Shown: piece by piece, positions 1 to 9,000 of the stretch
How the letters are laid out: each line of letters starts with the position of its first letter
Numbering within the stretch: the first letter of the stretch is position 1
From: Guillardia theta CCMP2712
Taxonomy: Eukaryota; Protista; Cryptophyta
Length of the DNA stretch: 64,000 bases
Direction of reading: 5' to 3'
Assembly (NCBI RefSeq): GCF_000315625.1
Contig: NW_005434622.1
Location: 463,697-527,696, forward strand
Program-made: the position numbers and the translations under genes
The notes under the pieces: generated by a model
What the model was told of the DNA's origin: nothing
Seen by the model: the letters and a program-made list of their open reading frames with translations, nothing else
The model's database searches: none

Positions 1-3000
1 CACTCCCATCACCACTTGTAAATGCATGGCAGACTTAAAGCAACAAACGGAATTTGTACCAAACAATTTGCATGAATGGATATCAAACATTGTACAACAA
101 TCTCGGTCTCCATACAAACCATTCCTTGATATATTCGAGCAAGTTGCAGTGACAGAACTGCAAGCAAGATTGGTGGGTGCCATGAAAACGACATCAATTC
201 TGTCTCCAGACAAGGTGAATTGTGCATAGTTGACAAGAGGCGCAAACTCTTGAACGCTGATTTCAAACCCTGATCCCGGCACCATTTGCAACATGTTGGT
301 CTCAAAGTTTGACCTCATAAAAAGAAAAATCCTGTACAGCCCAGGAATGGCTATCTTGAAGACTACCTGAGAAACATTAGAAGATGACGTCACATTGTAC
401 GAAATTGACACTGAATCTCCACTGCGGTCTTGAACTTGCAGTTCAAGTTCCTGGTTGAAAGGGCATCTATTTCCAAAAAAATCTCTGCCATGAAAGAAAG
501 CATAAATGCTTTCATTTACAAACGATTCTCTTGGTGGACCTGTGAAGAAAGAGTTTTTGATATTCGCTTCTTGAGGTTCAAGGGTAATCTCAAATCGAAA
601 TTCTAGGGTATCTAATGAGAGAATATTTGAACGCACACTATATGCTCCAGACTTGGTCACCAAGAACGAAGCTGACATTTTTCTTCTTTTGGAGTCTTGT
701 TCAATGTAAAATGAAATCTGTTTAGAGAATGATGAACCAAGCACTTCCAACGATGGATATTTCTGAATTTCTTGTGAAAGTAAAACACTTTGATTGGAGT
801 AATCTTTGATGTCGATTTCAAACTCAATCAGCTCTCCAACAACGAGAATGTTACAGGGAGGGTTGAACGACTGGCTTGACGCAATGCTATACTCGCACAG
901 TTGGCCAGCCTTCTGAGCAAACTTTATGTACATCTGAGTGTTTGATCGATCGACCGCAAATTCCTGAACTCTCAGAATGAATGGGGCTCGTTGAAGGAGA
1001 ATTCCATTAATCATCACGAATATTCTGTAGTCACCCCCTGCACTCACCGAGTACTCAACCCTGTAACATCCGTCCCTCAAACTCACTATCCGAGGGAACA
1101 TGGGAGAGCCGTAGGTAGACAGGATGGAGACGTTCACCTTGTCGTCTCCTCTAAACTTGTCGTATGAAGGTTTGCGGATGGGATTGTTAAAGATGTCTCT
1201 CGTCTGGATCTCAAACGTTGCCAGCTTTTCAACTTGAGCGAACGAAATCCCAGTACCCACAATCCTTGTGTAGTTGACTTCAATGGGAGCAGAGCGCACT
1301 AAGACCGTCCACGGACTCCCCTGAAGAGGACTCACCAGATTTGTTGAGTTTCCTTTGATCTGTACCCCGCCATACTCGACATAAATCTTGTAGATCCCTG
1401 AGACTGAAGAGACCCAGGAAGCATGGAGTTGCCAAGGAATGTAGCCTTGGCTCCTCTGCGGCTCAATCCGTCGGCTGCTCACACCTGGAGGCCCAACAAT
1501 CCTGATGACAAATGAGTTGCCTTGATCATCTGCAAGTGAAGGGAGGAAGCCATCAGCGGTGAGCGACAGGTTGGTCATAGCATGCACGTAAAGATAGACT
1601 GTGTCTCCTGCAAAGTGAGTGTAGAGAGCTGACCCTGTTGCGAATGAGTTTTCAGCATTCGGTACAAGTGCAGTGTAAGGATATTGCGGAAACCATGAAT
1701 TAGTGAAAAAGGATTGGAGATTTCCATTGGGCAAAGTGAAAGTTGCTCTCTTGGATCCAAGGTATACCTGAAAGTAAACCAGGCCTGTGGTGTTTGGCCA
1801 TGGCACATATTGAACTTGGAATAGCCCTTCTCCGAAGTAAACCAACCTTGTCCATGGTGTCAAGGCTATGTACTGTAAACTCAATCGTGGAGAGGGATTT
1901 TGATTTGGGTAACCAATTCCAAAAGTATTCGGTGGTGAGAAGGCGATACTGATTGTTGAATTTTGGCAACAATCTGGCTCCCACAAGTTTCCGACTGAGT
2001 CATACACCCGCATGTAAAAGTATGTCATGTTTCCAGGAGTGTATACATGCAGCCCTGGACCAAATAATTGTACACTATTCAGATTTGGTTCACCTGATCG
2101 AATGGTCCGAAAAATCTCCTGTTCTCCAACACGAAGTCCTTGGTAAAGAACTTCAATCTTGTATGTACCGCTAATTGAGTATGTCGGCCAAAGATATTGG
2201 TACGCACCGCAGCTAGGGTCTAAGTTAGTTTGCTGGCAAACTTGGAGATCAGGATTTGGACTCAGAGGTTCTGCTATCGAAGAGAAGATGATTGACCCAT
2301 TCCTGTGTATGATCAGAATTTGAAACTCAAGCTTAGAGAAAGTCAAACGATTTCCGAATGCATCGCGCGAAAATATATACACATATGGCAAATCGAAAAA
2401 AACTGTTGAGGGAGTAAATTGCGAGGTTTCAGCTTGTTGCAAACTTGAAGAGATTGTTGATACAGTACGGTTGAATGTAGATGGTAAGATAGTTATGACA
2501 TCTCCACAAACAGGCCCTGCATCCCCTGATGAGGGACAATTCACACCACTCTTGAGAGGAATACAACATCCGTTCTCAACCGCAATATCGCCGTTCTCGA
2601 CGGCAATGATATCATCAACCGAAACATGCTTTGCTATCCTAAAACCGTTGATAAATACTTCTATTCGATATTTTCCTGCGACTGTTGTGTAGAAAGAAAG
2701 AACGAAACTACCGTTTGACATGGAGCTGATTTCTTCATGTTCTACCTGAGATGATGAAGGATCGACCGGCGGGATAGTTGAGAATCGTCCACAAGTAAAC
2801 AAAGATGAGTTCGAAATGTAAACGTTGGGCGACTGTAGAGATAGTGATACAGTACCATTCGTAACAACTATATTCTCTTCATTCCAGATCGTAAGCCCAC
2901 CATTCACGATTTGCGAAAATTGCTTTCTAACAGTAAAAATAATCTCAGGCAATTGATTCCCGCATTGTTCAATAATCTGTGCTTGGTTCAAAAGATTTGA

Positions 3001-6000
3001 GAATTTATCTTTTATCACAATCGTAAAAGAATTGGAACCAACAGCTTTGATGAAAGCACCGTCTTGAGAAGAGGTTTTTGAGGAAAATGTCTTGCCGCTT
3101 ACTTGCTTCGTGTAGATTTTGACCTGTGGCTGAAGTAAGTAAGTGTTTTGGAGCGAAATTGGTCCGGGCTGAATGTAGATCTCATATGGAGAACCATGTA
3201 CATCGATCTTGTTGAATAGTATTTTCAAAAGGAACTTTCCACTGTAGGTTGACAGACAGTATTGAATGGGAGCCATTCCCGATTGCACACCGCATTCACC
3301 ATGCTCTAACGTCACATCATACAGAGCCAAATCATTGTTCGTGTGGTTGAATTGATCTCTTCCTATGATCGAAAACTTGAAAGGTAGACCAGCAGTTGCA
3401 TATGAGAAAGTGCTATCGAAACTAACATATGAATTGGACGCAGAAATCCCACGTGAAAGTGCCATGCAATCGATACCTTCAGGGGAAAGCGGTGACATTA
3501 AACCTCCAGTGTAGAGTGTACCATATTGAACAATCGTTCCATCAACAGAAAATTGCAAGAGATATTGCCCAGGCAATGCAAAGGAAAATGACACGACATT
3601 GAAGCCAGATTGGGGATGACATGGAATTTGCAGACGCAGGTTGGGATCGATCCTTGAAGTCACATAGAGCGAACATTTTACGTTGAAGGCATGCAAAATC
3701 TTGTTCCCGAAAATATCCAGGAAATAGATGGAGGCCTTGTTGAGCACATTCACATAAGTGAAGAGGATAGATTCAGAATATATCTCACACGCCTTGGCGT
3801 CAAGTTGGCTTGTGCCGACATCCACAACAAAAGGACTGCCTTGAATTGGTATTGCGCCATCCAATATGCTCAAAATGTACTTACCTGCTACATAGATGGG
3901 GGGTAACGTTCCAAGGTAGCATTCATCGTTTTTACATTCAACCAAGGCATCGTTAAATCCATCAAGAAACAGCCGCAAGTGACCATAAGATGTGGCCACT
4001 TTCTGCCCCACAGAATTTTCTGGCACCACATATATCTGCAAAGACTCACCAGCGGAAAAATAGAGGCCTTTGCTCTTTGATATCTTTAGTGAGAATGAAG
4101 CAGGCTCAAAGAAAACTCCAGCGTCAAAAACAGACAAACATTTGGAAAATATGATGATCGATTCGTTGAAAACAACTGTGATATTGGCATCACGGGATGA
4201 GTTCTGCATGTTGCATGCCATCATGCTCTGAGAGATACATTGAGCAGAAAGTGGAATAAAAAAGCTTACAAGAAATCTGCCATCATAGACGCATGTTGCG
4301 TCCAAACAATTAGAAAGACCTTGTACAGAAGCTTGGATCAGATTGCCTTCAAAGTAGATTCGAACATCAAATGGATTCGACTTTTGTTTGGATGACCTCA
4401 GGTTGCCAAACTTATCCCTGTTTTCGATCGTGAAGGTCTGCTTGTAATTGAACGCAAGTCTTTCCAATGCAGACCCATACAAAACAAACTCATTTCCTGA
4501 GTCGGTGGGATGTACCATGACATTCCATTTGTATAAAATGCCAATTCCTTGCAAGGCAAATTCATGCCGTACTGCACTCGAAAGATTATATTCAAATCGA
4601 AATCGTCCGAGGATATTCGTCTGAATGGGAATTATGGTATTCGACATTACCTTGCAGCGGCTGAAGTGGGCGTAAAAAAGCATGTCACATTTGAGAATAT
4701 TGACGTGCAGTGAATTGTTGGGAATCAGAGGGATCAGGCCAAGGTCATCAAGCAAACTTCCCTGAAGAACGAATACAGCTCCGGCTTGCATCGAAGCATC
4801 TCCGTCAGATTGACAAGGATACAATCTTGAAAAGCCATCACTTACAAATTCGCAGCGTACAATCGATTGATTTTGAGACAGCTGCGAACTTTGATTTTGG
4901 AAAACAGTAAAGTTGAAATTGGAGAATTTGTGATTCAGATAACTCACTGTAAGCTCAGATGAAAAGTTCCATTGAATCTTGAACAACAGCGAACATCTAG
5001 ACGAATCACTCGCAAAAGGAATTGTGAGCAGATTCTGACCTCTATCATAATGAAGCGTAATGTATGAAACATTGCAATGAACAGCATTGCCGTATTGATC
5101 TTTGGTATGTAGTTCAAGAAATGTGAAGCAGTCTTGATATCCTCCAATCAATCCGGGTCCAGACATAACGGAATTCGATAAGTTCAACAAGCCAGGATTG
5201 ACGATGAAAAACAGCGGGCTTCCAACAAGCATGCTCTGCTGAGAACCAAAAACTTGGACCATGTATTGACCAGCCCTGGTACACTCAAACAAATATTTGG
5301 TAGTAAATGGAGGTTGAAGTTCTGCCAATGTTGTTGGTTGAGAAACTGTAGAATATCCTCCTATATCGTTATCCCAAACGAAGAAGGAAAAAACTGTATT
5401 CATTGTATTGTAGTATCTGTCAAATGGAACAATCACAGAATTTTCACAAGCGACTGAGCAAATACCCTTGCTCAATTCAATTGTCGAGCTATTATACATT
5501 GTTGGAGAAGACAAGACTTGGAAAGAAAAATTCATTTGTTTGAATTCGGAATTACCTTCCTTGAGAAATATGCTGTATGGTCCTGTTACTACAAATTGAA
5601 TGCGTGAGACAAAATTGTTTGCTTCTAACGTGAGAAATTCATTTGTGCAATTATGATTGAAAAAGCAAACGTAAAACATATTTTCCTGCCAGTCGGATGC
5701 CAGGGCAAGATTGTTGCTGTTAGAATCCATCAAAGTGAATAGAAAGCAGTATTGCTCTCCAGCCACAAGTGAAGTGCATTTATCTTCTGTTGCTGTCGGA
5801 GTTCTTGAACAAACTATGTTTCCTTTCTTGTCTGTAATGATTAAGCTAGAATGTGATAAACTAACTTCCATGGGGTTTACCTGGACTTCTTTTATTCCTT
5901 TGCTTATCTCGGTATTGTTGACATACATTCTAAATGTGAAGGTACCAACCGCATCAAATCTGATTTTGAATTTGATAGGAGCGGTTGGCGCAAAGTATGC

Positions 6001-9000
6001 CCAATTCCGATAGATTTTGTTAAAGGGCACCGCAACATTCATTCCAGAAAAATTTGAGAATGGGTATGCTTGTGTCTGTATGAAAATTGGACCTGTCATA
6101 ACGATGCATCTCCCGTCCAAATAAGTTCCTGTATTCGCTACGAAAGTCAGACAACTGCAATTGAATTCAATGCACTTCAGCATGCATGTATCGAAGTACT
6201 TCATCATTGACGAAACATTCATTGCAGCATGATTTTCAGTTGTGTAATTGTCAAATTTTGTATATACTGAATCAAATCCTGTACTTGATATACATTTTGA
6301 GTCATTGTGTATGTCAAAGTCAAATTGAACCATGGAATTCTTCTCTTGCAATATCTCCACGTACACATGATCAGCTTGAACACCATTGCTTTCCATCGAA
6401 TTGCAATATTGTCCATAGTTTGTGTTCACACATCTTGAATTCGTCCATAAAGGTATGCCCAACTTCGATGGAACTCTGTAAGCTGAATTGCTGTTCAATG
6501 AAATTTCTATCTGAATGTTTTCATAGCCAAAACGAGTTGGGAAACCTATCAGATCTTGACCAAAAAAATCCAATTCACAAAATTGTGTAACAGTAGTTTG
6601 AAAGGTCTTGTAAGTTGATGAATAAATCTCAAAATTGTTTGAATTTGAAATGTTTGAAAACTTATTGAAAACAAAAGAAGACTTGCTGGGATCCATAACT
6701 CCACCATATATTTGAATAAGGGAAGAACCGTGATCAATGAGCTCACCGTCGATGGAAATGTTCAGCAGATGCGTACCAGCTGATCTCACGTCAGTGATTG
6801 AAATGCTGTACAGGCCATTCATATGATCCTGAACCGATTTTGAAAAGCCTTCCTGTCCATAAAAATTTCCAATGGGTGATAGTTGAATGTCAAATACATC
6901 CGCCCCTACAGATAATCTATTTGAATACTTGTCGTTGACCTGCACAACAAAGGAGAATCCAGAAGTTGTCAACAGGTTCTTGCTCAAATTGCTCAAAAGA
7001 AAAGAGAATTCTGGATAAGATGTCATCATAGGAAGTATCTGAACATCGAGATCATAAGGCAATAAAGGAACCCCTTCCACATACACATTGATCCTGTAAA
7101 TTCCACTCCTTGTCAACTTGATATCTACCTTTGAGGTACTCCCAAAATCTGAAATAGCCGAGAAATTCGTATATTCGCTGAGGATATCAGCAACAATGAA
7201 TATTTTTCTTTGCTCTGCAGACGTTGGGTTATCACAAGAGTCTTTCCAATCAATTATCAATGGAAATGCTTCACCAGCAGTTATTGGTTGGCCCTGAACA
7301 ATACCTAGCATCACAACAGAACCATTGCTAGGAACTCCCAGACAAGAACACTTCTCTCCATAACATGCTCTCCCAGGCTGCACATGGATCAAGAAGGGCT
7401 GCATTGTGGTCCCGACCATATCTCCTTGAAATAATTTGGATCTGTTTCCGACTCTTGAGGTGAAGTATGAATTTCGAATGACAGCCAGTGAATCAATTGG
7501 TATTGATGGAAATTCGTCCAGCAGCATAACCGTGATATTGTAAATTCCAGACCTAGAAACATCAAGCTCAGATACATAGCCCCCCGCATCCATTCTTTTC
7601 AGTCTTCCCACAACCTCGTAAGAATGCATGTCAGTCAGATATACTTGGAGGAGGCTTTTTCCAGGAAGAAAGGTATACTCATCAGGAGGAAATAAGTTTG
7701 GTACTGGATTACCGAATCGATCTCGAGGATGTATTGTGAACCTACTCACATCCCCTGCAGTTGCTAGCGTGAGGCCACTTCCAAGTATGCTGCTTGCTTC
7801 TGGACTCATCGGTGCTGAATTTACAGATAATTGTTGGAAATTTGAGTTTCTTGCTGAAAAATTCACGTTAACTCCCTGAAAATCAACACTGACGTAGTAA
7901 TGTCCAGAAACGGTGATCAAAACTTTCAGCTCGTGCTCTCCACGATGAGTCCTTGTTGTGTATCCTTGAAGAAGATTAGATCCTAATGAATTTCTAATGT
8001 TCACATTAAAAGTAACGTTCTGATCTTGTGGAACTCTGCCAAAGGCATCTCTTGTCGAGACTTGTACCCAGAAAGGATTTCCAGCCACAATCATGTCGTT
8101 GCAAAGGTCGGTGGCAGTGAATTGATTCCTATTGCTCGGTCGCGAGCAACTCCAGTATGTACTTTGACTGCGCAAGCGAGCAAAGGTTGAAAATAATGAG
8201 AAAGGATATAGTCCAAGAGCAACATAAAAATCTACTGGACCTCCAACTGCAGATATTTGATTGTACTTCAAGGACAGCTGATATTTTCCGACCCGGGTGG
8301 GATTGAAGAAAACAAGACAGGAATATTCAAACTGAGAACTATCGGACGAGATAAAAAGTGCGATTTCTATTGGTAGACCATTTGAATCTCGGATTGCAAT
8401 ATCAACCTCTTGCGAGTTGCAGGGCACAAAGTTGTCGAATACATCGAAAACTGATATAGAAAAGTAATTTTCACTTGTAGCCTCGATCACACCACCTTGC
8501 AATGCCGGACCACCAGGTATAGCATGATTTGATGCACCAGGAGATATCAAAATTTGGAAGGGACTTCCATGGATCTGACCTTCCCGACTTTGGTTCATGG
8601 CAGCTAAAGACAAGTACCCACTCTGATTATGCAAAACGAAACCAGCATCTGAAAAAGGGAGAAATCGGATGAACATAAGCGTTAATCCTGTTTCCTCAAC
8701 ACCATAACTGATGAGTATTCCTCCATCTGTCTGAGGACTCACCTCGTATACAGAAAATCCTTGAATTGGTCGAATGGGAAGCAGCGAAGAGTTCAAAATA
8801 TAAGTGTGGAAAGCTAATTTACAGGTGCTCAGTCCATATCCTGACGTTGGTTCCCCGCTCGGTAAAGTTTTGTATGGATACCCACACTCTTTGTAAAACG
8901 GCCACCCTTGTTGAGGAATTTCAATATCAGGTGGGATCAAATTTCCAAAATGATCTCTAAGATAAAGAGTGAAAGTGTTCTCATCCCCAACTTTTGCGTA

